From the IMG/VR virus record IMGVR_UViG_3300037789_000041, positions 1 through 34,601 of that record: a stretch of DNA of 34,601 nt; one strand, written 5' to 3'. The translations under genes were made by a program, and so were the position numbers. The DNA comes from a virus. Its lineage: Duplodnaviria; Caudoviricetes. A model generated the notes under the pieces. That model was not told the origin of the DNA and made no database searches. It saw nothing but the letters and a program-made list of their open reading frames with translations. The stretch's first letter is position 1. Every line of letters starts with the position of its first letter. Below, piece after piece: positions 24,100-34,000 of this stretch.

Positions 24100-24768
24100 A
24101 TGCAAACCAAGCACATTGACGGCGCATTTAGTGTCAAGACAGTGTCCGGCGCGGGCATGTTCGAGGGCTTTGCGTCTCGCTTTGGTGAACTGGATCAGGT
24201 TGGCGACATTGTAGCCGCCGGTGCCTTTTCCAAGTCCCTGAGTGACCACGCCTCAAAGGGCCTTATGCCCGCCCTTTTGTGGCAGCACGACATGGCCGAA
24301 CCCATCGGCAAGTGGCATGAGATGCGCGAGACGGCAGAGGGGCTGGAAGTGCGCGGCGAATTGTTCGTGGATGACATTCCGCGCGCAAAGTCTGCCTACA
24401 AACTGCTCAAGGAAAAGGCGATTTCCGGGCTGTCTATTGGCTATCGCACGAAAGCGGCGGATATGGACCGCAGCACGGGTGTCCGCACGCTGAAAGAATT
24501 AGACTTGCGCGAAGTGTCTCTAGTGACGGAACCGGCACTGGAAAGCGCACGAGTGACAAGTGTTAAAGCGGCGTTGTCCGCTGGTGAAACCCTCACAGTG
24601 CGTGAGGTAGAGGCGTTTCTGAGGGAGTCAGGATTCAGCCGCAAAGAGGCGTGCCACATGGCCGCCGAATGGAAGACCGCGACCCAGAGGGAGTCTGGCG
24701 ACGGCAGTGAAGAGTTGGTGTCTGCGTTGAAGTCAATGGCCGCTGAGATGCGCGCCGCGCTTCGCTGA
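24100..24768 (+). CDS. HK97-family prohead protease
   Basis: FEGFASRFG..LLWQHD..GLSIGY..EVSLVT. Confidence 0.9.
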   Translation: MQTKHIDGAFSVKTVSGAGMFEGFASRFGELDQVGDIVAAGAFSKSLSDHASKGLMPALLWQHDMAEPIGKWHEMRETAEGLEVRGELFVDDIPRAKSAYKLLKEKAISGLSIGYRTKAADMDRSTGVRTLKELDLREVSLVTEPALESARVTSVKAALSAGETLTVREVEAFLRESGFSRKEACHMAAEWKTATQRESGDGSEELVSALKSMAAEMRAALR

Positions 24769-24797
24769 CCGCGCACACCACATTGTCAGAACCCTAC

Positions 24798-24828
24798 GCC
24801 CGTCCGGCATTGCTGAGGCGGGTTTTTT
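24798..24828 (+). terminator. Hairpin plus T-tract before the capsid gene
   Basis: GCCCGTC..GGCGGGT then TTTTT, just upstream of the RBS. Confidence 0.5.
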
Positions 24829-24845
24829 AATGGGAGCGTCACACC

Positions 24846-26213
24846 ATGGATGCTGAAATCAAGTCGGCACTGGATGAACTCCAGTCCACGAATAAGGCCC
24901 TGAACGACAAGCTTGTCGAGGGTCACGAAGAAATGAAGAAGCTGGGCACCGAACTGCCCGAGACCAAGGACGCCATTGACAAGGTGAACGAAGCCGTCAC
25001 CAATGCAGTGGAAAAGGTCAAGAAGCTGGAAGACGACGCCAAAAAGGCTAAGTCCGCACAGGAGCGGCTTGAAACCCTGCTGAACCGTTCCGGCAAGGGC
25101 ATGGGCGAAACCGAAGCGGTAGAGCGCAAGAGCGCTGCCGACTTCCTTTCCGCTGCCAAACGCCAGTTTATCCACCCCACTGACGAATGCGTGGATACTG
25201 AGGTGTACGGTGCCTATAAGTCGGCATGGCGCACGCTTGCCCTCAAGGGCTTTGATATCGAGGCGGACGGCATCGACAAGAAGGCTCTTTCTGTAGGCCG
25301 CGACCCGGACGGGGGCTATCTTGTGCCCGCCGAGATCGGCAACGAAGTCATCAAGCGCATTTATGACACGTCTCCGATGCGTCAGATCTCGCAGGTGATT
25401 TCGATTACGTCCGATGCCTGGGAGCAGCCGGTTCAGTCCAGCAAGGGCACGTCTGGTGGCTGGGTGTCTGAAAAGGCGTCCCGGACCACCACTGACACGC
25501 CGACGCTGGAAATGCTGCGTATCCCGGTGCACGAGCAGTATGCTTACCCGCTGGCGACGCAGAAAATGCTGGAAGACGGCAACATCAACGTCGAATCCTG
25601 GCTCACCCAGGAAACTGACGAGGAAATGGCTCGCACCGAAAACACCGGCTTTGTGTCCGGTGATGGTTCGGGCAAGCCGCGCGGCTTCCTTGACTATAAG
25701 TCGGCTGCCGTGACCACCGACGATGCAACCCGTTCGTGGGGTGTTCTTCAGTACGTACCGTCTGGTGCGGCTGGCGATTTCGCTACCTTGACCGGCACGT
25801 CATCCAGTGATTACGGCCCGCTTGTTGACATGATTGCCAAACTGAACCCCGGCTATCGAGCGGGTGCGGTCTGGTTCATGAACAGGCAGACTGAGGCTGA
25901 GTTGCGCAAACTGAAGGACGGCGACGGTAACAGCCTGCTTGGCCTCAATCTTCGGGACGGGGCGACGGGCTTCCAGTGCCTCGGCTTCCCGATTGTGACA
26001 GGTGAGGATATGCCGGACATCGCGTCGGACTCCTACTCCATCGCGTTTGGCAACTTCCAGCGCGGTTACAAGGTTGTTGACCGTCTCGGCACCTCTATCC
26101 TGCGCGACCCGTACAGCAACAAGCCGTATGTTGGTTTCTACATGCGCCGCCGCGTGGGCGGCGACGTGCAGAACTTCGACGCCATCAAGCTGATGAAGTT
26201 TGCCACCTCCTAA
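24846..26213 (+). CDS. HK97-fold major capsid protein
   Basis: N-terminal coiled-coil delta domain, DGGYLVP, GDGSGKPRGFL, RDPYSNKPYVGFY..RVGG. Confidence 0.93.
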   Translation: MDAEIKSALDELQSTNKALNDKLVEGHEEMKKLGTELPETKDAIDKVNEAVTNAVEKVKKLEDDAKKAKSAQERLETLLNRSGKGMGETEAVERKSAADFLSAAKRQFIHPTDECVDTEVYGAYKSAWRTLALKGFDIEADGIDKKALSVGRDPDGGYLVPAEIGNEVIKRIYDTSPMRQISQVISITSDAWEQPVQSSKGTSGGWVSEKASRTTTDTPTLEMLRIPVHEQYAYPLATQKMLEDGNINVESWLTQETDEEMARTENTGFVSGDGSGKPRGFLDYKSAAVTTDDATRSWGVLQYVPSGAAGDFATLTGTSSSDYGPLVDMIAKLNPGYRAGAVWFMNRQTEAELRKLKDGDGNSLLGLNLRDGATGFQCLGFPIVTGEDMPDIASDSYSIAFGNFQRGYKVVDRLGTSILRDPYSNKPYVGFYMRRRVGGDVQNFDAIKLMKFATS

Positions 26214-26271
26214 CGAAATCATGGCCCCGGCTTCGGCTGGGCCTCTCGTTATTCACAGAAAGGAAAGCCCC

Positions 26272-26730
26272 ATGGCTAACCGTGATCTTATCTCCAACGT
26301 GAAGACGGTGAAGCAGCTTGCAGGCACCTACTCCACGACCCAGACGCCCTCCACGGGCGTTGATACGCGGGGTTTTGACTCCGTGCTTGTTCAGTGTGCA
26401 ATCGGCACCCTGACGAATGTCGGCGGCTCGCCCAACGAAAGCTGGACGTTTGCCCTTCAGCATTCCGACACGTCAAATGCTGACTTTGCTGCTGTGTCTT
26501 CGGACGACGTCATCCTTGACAGTGGCAACAACGATGGCTCCGTCTCTTCGGGCGTCTTTGCCACTATTGACGCGGCCGCAGAAGACGACGCCGTCTATAC
26601 GGTGGGCTACATCGGTGGCAAGCGTTACCTGCGTGTGGTGGCCACGGCTGCCAATACGCCGGGCAACACGGCTATTGCCGTGCTGTATGCGCTTGGCAAC
26701 CCGTCCCTTGCCCCCGCATCCGACGCCTAA
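26272..26730 (+). CDS. Putative head decoration protein
   Basis: GVDTRGFDSV..GYIGGKRYLRVV; follows the capsid gene; AAGGA RBS. Confidence 0.6.
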   Translation: MANRDLISNVKTVKQLAGTYSTTQTPSTGVDTRGFDSVLVQCAIGTLTNVGGSPNESWTFALQHSDTSNADFAAVSSDDVILDSGNNDGSVSSGVFATIDAAAEDDAVYTVGYIGGKRYLRVVATAANTPGNTAIAVLYALGNPSLAPASDA

Positions 26731-26783
26731 CGAAACTGGGGAGGGGTCCCGGCCCCTCCCTGCTTATCTAACAGGAGGCGACC

Positions 26784-27008
26784 ATGCAGAAATACCGCGT
26801 CACCAAGCGTTTTCGCCATTGCCCGCTTGATAGCCACAATGTGGACACATATGAGGTCGGCGTGCGGGAACTGCACCCGGAGGCCGCAGAGGTTGCCTTG
26901 AAGGAGGGGTGGGCGGAGCCTGTCGCCGAAGCCAAGGCAATTCAGAGCGCGCCGGAAAACAAGGTTGCGCCGAAGGTCCGCAACAAACGCGCTCCGCGAC
27001 GGAAGTAG
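26784..27008 (+). CDS. Small hypothetical structural-module protein
   Basis: 74 aa, AGGAGG RBS, APENK motif. Confidence 0.6.
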   Translation: MQKYRVTKRFRHCPLDSHNVDTYEVGVRELHPEAAEVALKEGWAEPVAEAKAIQSAPENKVAPKVRNKRAPRRK

Positions 27009-27011
27009 CAC

Positions 27012-27683
27012 ATGCGCCGCCCTGAACCCCTCCGCCTTTCGCTGACAACCGGCCCGGCTGTTGAGCCGCTGTCTCTGGCGGATGCAAAGGAGCAATTGGA
27101 ATTTGACGGCAGCGACCGCGACGACTTTATCACGTCGCTTATCGTGTCAGCCCGTGAGCGTTGCGAGAAGTACACCGGGCGCGCGTTAATCACGCAGACC
27201 TGGACCATGTACATGGACCGCTGGCCCGACGCCGACGGATACAGCCGCACCCCGTGGTGGCAGGGCGTGCGGGATGGTGCCGTGTCTGAATTGATCGGGG
27301 CCAGGCAAGCCCTTACAATCCCGAAAGCGCCGCTGCAAAGCATTACGTCGATCAAGACGTATGATGACAGCGACACTGAGACCACGCTTGCCAGCAGCGC
27401 CTATTACGTGGACACGGCAACACAGCCGGGCAGGGTGGTGCTGCGTGATAGCACTGCAACCCCGACGCCGACGCGCGTTGCAAACGGCTTGGAGGTTATC
27501 TTTGTCGCCGGGTATGGTGACGCCGCTTCCGATGTACCGTCCGCGCTTGTGCAGGGCATGAAAATGCTGGTGGCCCACTGGTTTGAAAACCGGGAGCAGG
27601 TAGTTATCGGGGCCAGCGTGTCCCAGATCCCTGACGGCGTGCAGGCCACGTGGCGAGACTATAAGCTGGAGTCCATCGGCTAA
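27012..27683 (+). CDS. Head-tail connector (gp6-like)
   Basis: PAVEPLSLADAK..AGYGDAASDVP..LVAHWFENRE. Confidence 0.85.
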   Translation: MRRPEPLRLSLTTGPAVEPLSLADAKEQLEFDGSDRDDFITSLIVSARERCEKYTGRALITQTWTMYMDRWPDADGYSRTPWWQGVRDGAVSELIGARQALTIPKAPLQSITSIKTYDDSDTETTLASSAYYVDTATQPGRVVLRDSTATPTPTRVANGLEVIFVAGYGDAASDVPSALVQGMKMLVAHWFENREQVVIGASVSQIPDGVQATWRDYKLESIG

Positions 27684-28039
27684 TGGCACGTCTGCGCGCA
27701 GCACGGGGTATTGGCACGCTGCGCGAGCGGGTGTCTATTCAGGAGCGGAGCGAAACCAGCGACGGCGGGGGCGGTGTATCCTTCACATGGGCCAATATCG
27801 CCACAAACCCCACTGTATCGGCCCGCGTTGAGCCGCTGAGAGGCTTTGAACAATTGCAGGGGCTTGGTTTGCAGGGGCGCGTCACCCATCGTGTTACACT
27901 GCGCTATCGTGATGACGTGACCATCGGCAATCGCTTTCTGTGGGGCTCGATTGGGCTTGATGTGAAGTCGCCGGGCATTAACGAAGACGAACGCAGCCGG
28001 TACGTGACATTTCTTTGTGAGCAGGGCGGGGGCCAGTGA
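27683..28039 (+). CDS. Head closure protein (SPP1 gp16-like)
   Basis: LRERVSIQ..DGGGG..THRVTLRYR. Confidence 0.8.
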   Translation: MARLRAARGIGTLRERVSIQERSETSDGGGGVSFTWANIATNPTVSARVEPLRGFEQLQGLGLQGRVTHRVTLRYRDDVTIGNRFLWGSIGLDVKSPGINEDERSRYVTFLCEQGGGQ

Positions 28040-28467
28040 CCGGCATTCGCGCAACCGTTGAAGGTACTGACCGTCTGGCTAAGGCCCTGCGCCGCTATGA
28101 CCAGCAGGCAGTTGACCGCATCGGCGATGCAATCATCGACTCCGCGCTTGAAGTGCAGGGGCAGGCACAGCGCCTTATCCAGCGCGGCGAGCGCAGCGGT
28201 ACAGCGCGCCCGGATGGAAGCCGGTCATCTGCGCCTGGTGAGCCGCCCAAAACGGATACAGGCCGCTTGGTGGCCAGCATAGACATTGAGACGGACACAG
28301 ACCGCCTTGGCGCGGCTGTGGGAACGAATTTGCGATACGGCAAATACCTGGAATTGGGCACAACGAAGATGGCCGCGCGCCCGTGGCTGTTCCCGACATT
28401 CGAGAGCTTGAAGCCCCGCATCCTGTCCCGCATCGGTGCCGCCATTAAGGCAGCCCGCGCCCGTTGA
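28036..28467 (+). CDS. HK97 gp10-family tail component
   Basis: SAPGEPPKTDTGRL..YLELGTTKMAARPWLFP. Confidence 0.85.
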   Translation: MTGIRATVEGTDRLAKALRRYDQQAVDRIGDAIIDSALEVQGQAQRLIQRGERSGTARPDGSRSSAPGEPPKTDTGRLVASIDIETDTDRLGAAVGTNLRYGKYLELGTTKMAARPWLFPTFESLKPRILSRIGAAIKAARAR

Positions 28468-28628
28468 TGGACAAGAAAGAATATAAGCCAACGCCTTTGC
28501 GCACCCGAGCGGCCTACAAGCCAAGCCGGGGTGTGAGGGCTGGCATACGGTTAGACGAAGAGGACGACCGCATCGTCATCCGATACCCTGACGGCACATT
28601 GAAACGAGAACCGCCACCCTATGAGTGA
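28467..28628 (+). CDS. Small hypothetical protein, 53 aa (not in ORF track)
   Basis: MDKKEYKPTPLRTR...REPPPYE; TGATG coupling; fills the gap to the next gene. Confidence 0.45.
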   Translation: MDKKEYKPTPLRTRAAYKPSRGVRAGIRLDEEDDRIVIRYPDGTLKREPPPYE

Positions 28629-29028
28629 CCTTAGCTGGCCCGTGCAACAGATGGTCTATGCGACCCTGACAGCAGATGCAGGAGTTAAGGCTTTCGTTGG
28701 CACGCCCGCGCGTGTCTATGACAACCCGCCCGCTAACCCGACATTCCCATATCTCACGATAGGCGACGACACAGCCCGCGAGTTTGGCGCGCAGACATTC
28801 GACGGGCAGGAAATCACGCTCACCATCCACGCTTGGTCGCGCTATGGCGGGCGAAAGGAAGCCAAGCAGATCGCGGGGGCGGTCTATGACGCATTGCATG
28901 ACCAGTCACCGAGCCTCACGGGCGGCACGCTGGTTAACCTGCGCTATGAGTTCGGCACGACCATGCAAGACCCTGACGGGCTGACGTGGCACGCCGCCTC
29001 CCGCTTCCGCGCTTCGGTGTGTGACTAG
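28621..29028 (+). CDS. DUF3168 tail terminator
   Basis: RVYDNPP..FPYLTIG..LTIHAWSR..GRKEAKQIA. Confidence 0.85.
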   Translation: MSDLSWPVQQMVYATLTADAGVKAFVGTPARVYDNPPANPTFPYLTIGDDTAREFGAQTFDGQEITLTIHAWSRYGGRKEAKQIAGAVYDALHDQSPSLTGGTLVNLRYEFGTTMQDPDGLTWHAASRFRASVCD

Positions 29029-29699
29029 TGACGGTGCCGCATGTGCCAGAGCGCTGGACGCCGGGCCCGATATGGGAAGGCGAGACGGCGGTTATCATCG
29101 GATCTGGCCCCAGCCTGACCAAGCAGGACCGGGACTATACACAAGGCAAGGCGCGCGTAGTTGCCCTGAACCGGGAATGGTTCTGGACGCCATGGGCTGA
29201 CATGCTTTATGCGTGCGACGGCAAGTATTTTTTTACGCAGGATGACCAGCCGCACGGCGGAAAGGCGGCTTACAAGCATTTTGGTGGGTTGATCGTGACG
29301 CAGGACTTCCGCGCCGCTGCTGACCTGCCAAATCTAAAATGGGTGGAGATTTCGCCGCCCGGCATCAAGAACATGGCCGACCTTAGCGGATACGATGACC
29401 GCCCCGGATACATACGCTCCGGCAAGGGTTCGTGCTATCAGACGATGAACCTGTTGGGGCATCTCGGCGTCAAGCGCATTCTGTTGCTTGGCATCGACAT
29501 GAAGTTTGCCCCGGACGGCCGCCAGCACCATTACTCAGAGCCGCCACGCGGGCTTGCAATCAGCGCGATAGAACGCATGCGGACATTCTTTGACAGCATC
29601 GCCGGGCATCTTGAGGCGCGCGGGATTGAGGTCATCAACTGTTCACCAGACAGCGCCGTTGAGGCGTTCCCTAAAGCCAGAATTTACGAGGTGCTTTGA
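29028..29699 (+). CDS. MptE-like/DUF115 (Maf-type) transferase-fold protein
   Basis: IIGSGPSL, VVALN, YACD, ILLLGIDM, VINCSP motifs. Confidence 0.6.
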   Translation: MTVPHVPERWTPGPIWEGETAVIIGSGPSLTKQDRDYTQGKARVVALNREWFWTPWADMLYACDGKYFFTQDDQPHGGKAAYKHFGGLIVTQDFRAAADLPNLKWVEISPPGIKNMADLSGYDDRPGYIRSGKGSCYQTMNLLGHLGVKRILLLGIDMKFAPDGRQHHYSEPPRGLAISAIERMRTFFDSIAGHLEARGIEVINCSPDSAVEAFPKARIYEVL

Positions 29700-29700
29700 C

Positions 29701-29913
29701 ATGCGGAAACTCAGGTTTAAGCGCGAGGTGGTGGAGCACCGCCCCGACGGCACAGGCCGCCGCCGCTACCCCGGCAAGGTCTATGAGATCGGAGACGCTG
29801 CGGACCAGGTGACGGACGCAGCGGCACGTCCATGGCTGGCAGATGGCACTGCGGAAGAGGTGATGCCGCCTCGCGCCACTACACCCAAAACCAAGTCAGA
29901 CGACGAAGAATAG
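29701..29913 (+). CDS. Small hypothetical protein
   Basis: 70 aa from ATG 29701, GAGGTG RBS. Confidence 0.55.
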   Translation: MRKLRFKREVVEHRPDGTGRRRYPGKVYEIGDAADQVTDAAARPWLADGTAEEVMPPRATTPKTKSDDEE

Positions 29914-29957
29914 CCGCGAGACGCGGTTCCCCCGGCCATCGCGGCCACCCGTTGAAC

Positions 29958-29982
29958 GCCCCGCCATTGAGCGGGGTTTTTT
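29958..29982 (+). terminator. Hairpin plus T-tract before the major tail gene
   Basis: GCCCCGC-CATTGA-GCGGGGT-TTTTT. Confidence 0.5.
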
Positions 29983-29997
29983 ATTGGAGAAAGACCA

Positions 29998-30411
29998 ATG
30001 GCTGCACAGAAGGGTAAATCCCTCCTCCTCAAGATCGGTGACGGCGCTACGTCCGAAACCTTTGCCACCGTTGCCGGTATGCGCACCACGTCTCTGACGA
30101 TCAATGAAGAGACTGTGGACATTACGAACAAGTCCACCTCCGGCCAGTTCCGCGAGCTGCTGCGCGCTGGCGTCAAGAGCGTGTCGGCTTCCGGCTCCGG
30201 TGTATTCACCGACAGCACGGCAGAGGGTGCCGTGCGGACAGATGTATTCGGCACAACGCTCACGAATTATCAGGTGGTCGTGCCGGACTTCGGCACCTTC
30301 GAGGGCGCGTTCCTCGTGACTACGCTGTCTTACGCCGGTGAATACAATGGTGAGGTCACCTATGACATGACCATTGAGTCCGCTGGTGCCATCACCTTCT
30401 CCGCCGCGTAA
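29998..30411 (+). CDS. Major tail (tube) protein, TP901-1/GTA family
   Basis: MAAQKGKSLLLKIG..TVAGMR..VPDFGTFEGAF..YAGEYNGE. Confidence 0.9.
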   Translation: MAAQKGKSLLLKIGDGATSETFATVAGMRTTSLTINEETVDITNKSTSGQFRELLRAGVKSVSASGSGVFTDSTAEGAVRTDVFGTTLTNYQVVVPDFGTFEGAFLVTTLSYAGEYNGEVTYDMTIESAGAITFSAA

Positions 30412-30423
30412 GGAACCTGACAC

Positions 30424-30819
30424 ATGGCGAATGAATATCGCGGTGAAGTCGAGGTGGATCTGGGCGGTAACACCTACACCATGCGCCCGACCATGAATGC
30501 GATTGCCCACCTTGAGGCCAAGGGCGGGAGCATCCGCAAGCTGTTGTCGAAGTTCATCAAAGATGATGGCAGCGGGCGGACCGTGGAGAACGATGAATGG
30601 GCCATCACCGATGTGATGCGCATTCTGCAAGCTGGGTTTTTGGGGCAGGGGCGTGACGCTCCGGCCCCCAAAGACCTTGGCGACCTGGTTATGCAGACCG
30701 GGGCGCAAGCCTTGGTGGTCCCATGCGTCGAGTTCCTTGCCAACTGCCTCAACCCGCCCAAGCGTGAGGCTGCCGAGGCCGACCGCGACGAGAGCCCTAC
30801 GGACGGGGCGGAGGCGTAA
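30424..30819 (+). CDS. Tail assembly chaperone
   Basis: ANEYRGEV..MRPT..AIAHLE; between tube and tape measure genes. Confidence 0.75.
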   Translation: MANEYRGEVEVDLGGNTYTMRPTMNAIAHLEAKGGSIRKLLSKFIKDDGSGRTVENDEWAITDVMRILQAGFLGQGRDAPAPKDLGDLVMQTGAQALVVPCVEFLANCLNPPKREAAEADRDESPTDGAEA

Positions 30820-30851
30820 AAAGCACCGCCCCCATTCCGCTTCAGCGCTAC

Positions 30852-31070
30852 ATGGAAATTGCCCTCGGCGTGATGGAAATGTCTCCAGATGATTTCTGGG
30901 GCATGACCATGGGGGAGTTTGCCGCCAAGTTTGATGGCTGGCAGGAGCGCAACGGCGGCAAGGGTAAGTCTAAGCCGCCGCCCATGACCAAATCAGAACT
31001 AGACGCGCTGCGGGAGTATTACCCCGATGGCGGGTCTATCAAGCCCCTCAAGCAGGACACGCAACCGTGA
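30852..31070 (+). CDS. Tail assembly chaperone C-terminal part (gpT-like)
   Basis: LGVMEMSPDDFWGMTMGEF..LREYYPD; in the -1 frame relative to the upstream chaperone. Confidence 0.7.
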   Translation: MEIALGVMEMSPDDFWGMTMGEFAAKFDGWQERNGGKGKSKPPPMTKSELDALREYYPDGGSIKPLKQDTQP

Positions 31071-34000
31071 GCACAATCGACGAACTGATTGTCCGCATTG
31101 ACGCGGATACGCGCGGGCTGCGTCAAGGGCTTGACCGGGCGACAGACAGTACGCGCCGCGCCAATCAGAAGATGGGCGGTGCATTTGACAGCACAAATAA
31201 GTCGATTGAGCGTGTCTCGGCGTCTGTAAAAGCGATGAGCGCCGCTATCGCTGCTGCTGGCGTTGCTGCGTTTGCGCGAGGCGTCATTAATGCCGGGCTT
31301 TCCGTCGAGCGCATTGATGGCGCGCTGCGTCAGGCTACCGGCTCGGCTAAGGCAGCGGCGAACGAGTTTGCTTTTGTGCGGCGCGAGGCGGCCCGCCTGG
31401 GGCTGGACCTTGAAGGCGCTGCCACGCAGTATTCCAAGCTGGCGGCGGCTGCGCGTGGGACGGCTGTGCAGGGCGCGGCAACGCGCGAAATCTTCACCGC
31501 CATTTCCGAAGCGTCCACTGTGCTGCGCCTTTCCGCAGCACAGACACAAGGTGCGCTGACTGCTGTTGAGCAGATTATCTCCAAGGGCACTGTCAGCGCG
31601 GAAGAGTTGCGCGGGCAGCTTGGCGAACGGCTTCCGGGGGCGTTCCAGATTGCGGCGCGCGCCATGGGTGTCACGACGCAAGAACTCGGCAAGATGCTTG
31701 AGCAGGGCGAGGTCATTGCAGATGACTTCCTGCCGAAGTTCGCTGCCGAGATGCGCCGCACATTTGAAGATCAGGTGCCGCAGGCTGTGCGCGGTGCACA
31801 GGCCAGCATCAACCGCTTTCAGACCGCTATCTTTGATCTTCAGGTTGAGTTGGCCTCTTCCGGTGTGCTCGACAGCTTCGTTGATGGGCTGGAAGACCTC
31901 CGGGCTGTTGTCGAAGACCCGGCGTTCCGGGAGGGTATGCGCATTATTGCCGAGGGCATCGCGCTTATCGGCACCGAGGCTGCAAATGCTGTCCGGCAAC
32001 TTGGTAGGCTGGCCGACCCGGACACTACGTTTGGCGAACTGCTGCGAGGCAGCACGCTAGGCCGCATTGGCGTCATGCTTGGTGTGGTCAACGAGGAAAT
32101 AAAGGCCCTTGGCGACGAGTCAAGTTATCGCGCGCCTGAAAGCGTTGCCGCACTCGCTGAAGAACTGGATAATCTTACGGCTGTGTCGTCTGGGGTGTCC
32201 ACGGCAACAAAAAGGGTATCCAAGGAGGACGAGAAGGCAGCCGAGGAGTTAGCCAAGCGCCGAAAGGCGGCGGCTGATTTCATTCGAGACCTCACAAACG
32301 AGAACCGTGTTCTTGATGCCAGGATTAAGGCCGGCGACAAGGCGGCGGACCAACTTGAACGCGAGATTGCCCAACGCGAGGCCCTTGGCCCGCTGTATAA
32401 TGACAACCTCGATGCGCTGAACGAACTGAACGCCGCGAACGACAACCTCACCGAATCCCTTGAGCGCCAGCAGGAAGCGCAGGAAGAGCTAGAACAGGCC
32501 GCGAAGAAAGCCGCCCGCGAAATGGAGCGGGACATCACGCAGGCCACAGACAGTATTGTGGACGCGCTTGAAGGCGTGCTGTTTGACGGCGAAGACATCT
32601 TCGGCAGCCTTGCAAATCTCGGCAAGACAGCATTCCGGGAGATAGCCCGCGAAGCTATTATTCGCCCGATTGTGCAGCCGATTGTCGGCGGCGCTGCGGG
32701 CGGTGGTTCTGCTGGTGGGATCACGGTTCCAGGGTTCTCTGGCGGCACCATTTCAGTAGGTGGCGGCGGTGGCATAGGCGGCATCCTGAGTGGTGGCGGT
32801 GGCATCTTTGACATATTCAGCGGCGGCGGTCTTACCGCGCCCTCCGGCTTTGCCAGCGACTTCATTTTCAGCGGGCTGGGCCAGTCCCTTGGCTTCTCTT
32901 CGCTGGGTGCGGGCGGCATGGGTCCGGCGGCTCCGACGGCGCTTGGTAGTGCCTTCGGTCGCCTGTCGTCGCCCGCTGGCATGATTGGGGGCTTCGCGGG
33001 CAACCTCCTTGGTAACGCACTGTTCGGTAGTGATCGTGGACCCGGCGCAAGTATCGGCAGCAGTGTTGGTGCCATCGCAGGCTCGTTTATTCCGATCCCA
33101 GGCGTTGGCTCGTTTCTCGGTTCTGTTGCGGGTAACTTCCTCGGCGGTCTTTTCGGCGAGGATAAAAATTATCCTTTCGCGTCGGCTGGCCTGTCTCTTG
33201 ACCGGAACGGGCGTCTTGTCGTCAGCGGCTCGCAGGCCCTTGATGAGGGTGACGCCTCTGCGGCCCGCGCAATGGCGCAGGCTGTCGCTGACCAGGTCAA
33301 CGCGCTTCTTGACGCTACCGGCGGTAGCATTGGGATGCTCACTGGCGGTTTGCAGGTAGGCCGGGCGTCCGGACGTGACGGTGATCTGGGTGAGGGCTTC
33401 TTTGGTGGCGGCAACTTCCAGGGGTTCAATGGCGGCGCTGAGTTCACAAGCCTCGGCAGCGCTGAAGAAGCGGTCGCGAAGACCGTTGAAGTTATCCTGC
33501 AACGAAGCACGTTCAATAACCTGACCGACCAGCAGGTCGCGGCCTTGCAGGCTGGCGATGTATCGACGGCGCAGGAAATCACATCCGCGACACAGGCCAT
33601 TGACGCGCTCCGGGAGGCTTTGGACGCATCTACTGACCCGATTTCGCGGATCACTGCACAGTTTGAAGACCTCCGGGCCGCAGCCGTGAAATATGGTCTT
33701 GACGTTGCGACGGTGGACCGCGCCCTGCAAACGGAGTTGGACCGCTTTAACTTGGGCGTTGAAGGGGCCGCGCTGGCACAGGTGGGCAATGAGCTTGGGG
33801 CTATTCAAAGCTTCCAGCTAAACCGGCAGCTCGGTGCATCATCGACGCCGCTCGACCGTGTGGCCGCAGCCCAGGAAGCCGTGCAGGCGTCACTTGAGGC
33901 AGTGAGGGCCGGGGAAAGCGGGGCAGTCGGCGGCTTGTTGCAGAATGCCGACACTTTGCTCCGTGTTGGTGCAGACGCTTTTGGCACGGCCACGCCGCAA

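Noticed and set aside
20742-33808. Long minus-strand ORFs opposite terL, MuF, capsid and tape measure
   Set aside because: Antisense shadows expected in GC-rich coding DNA
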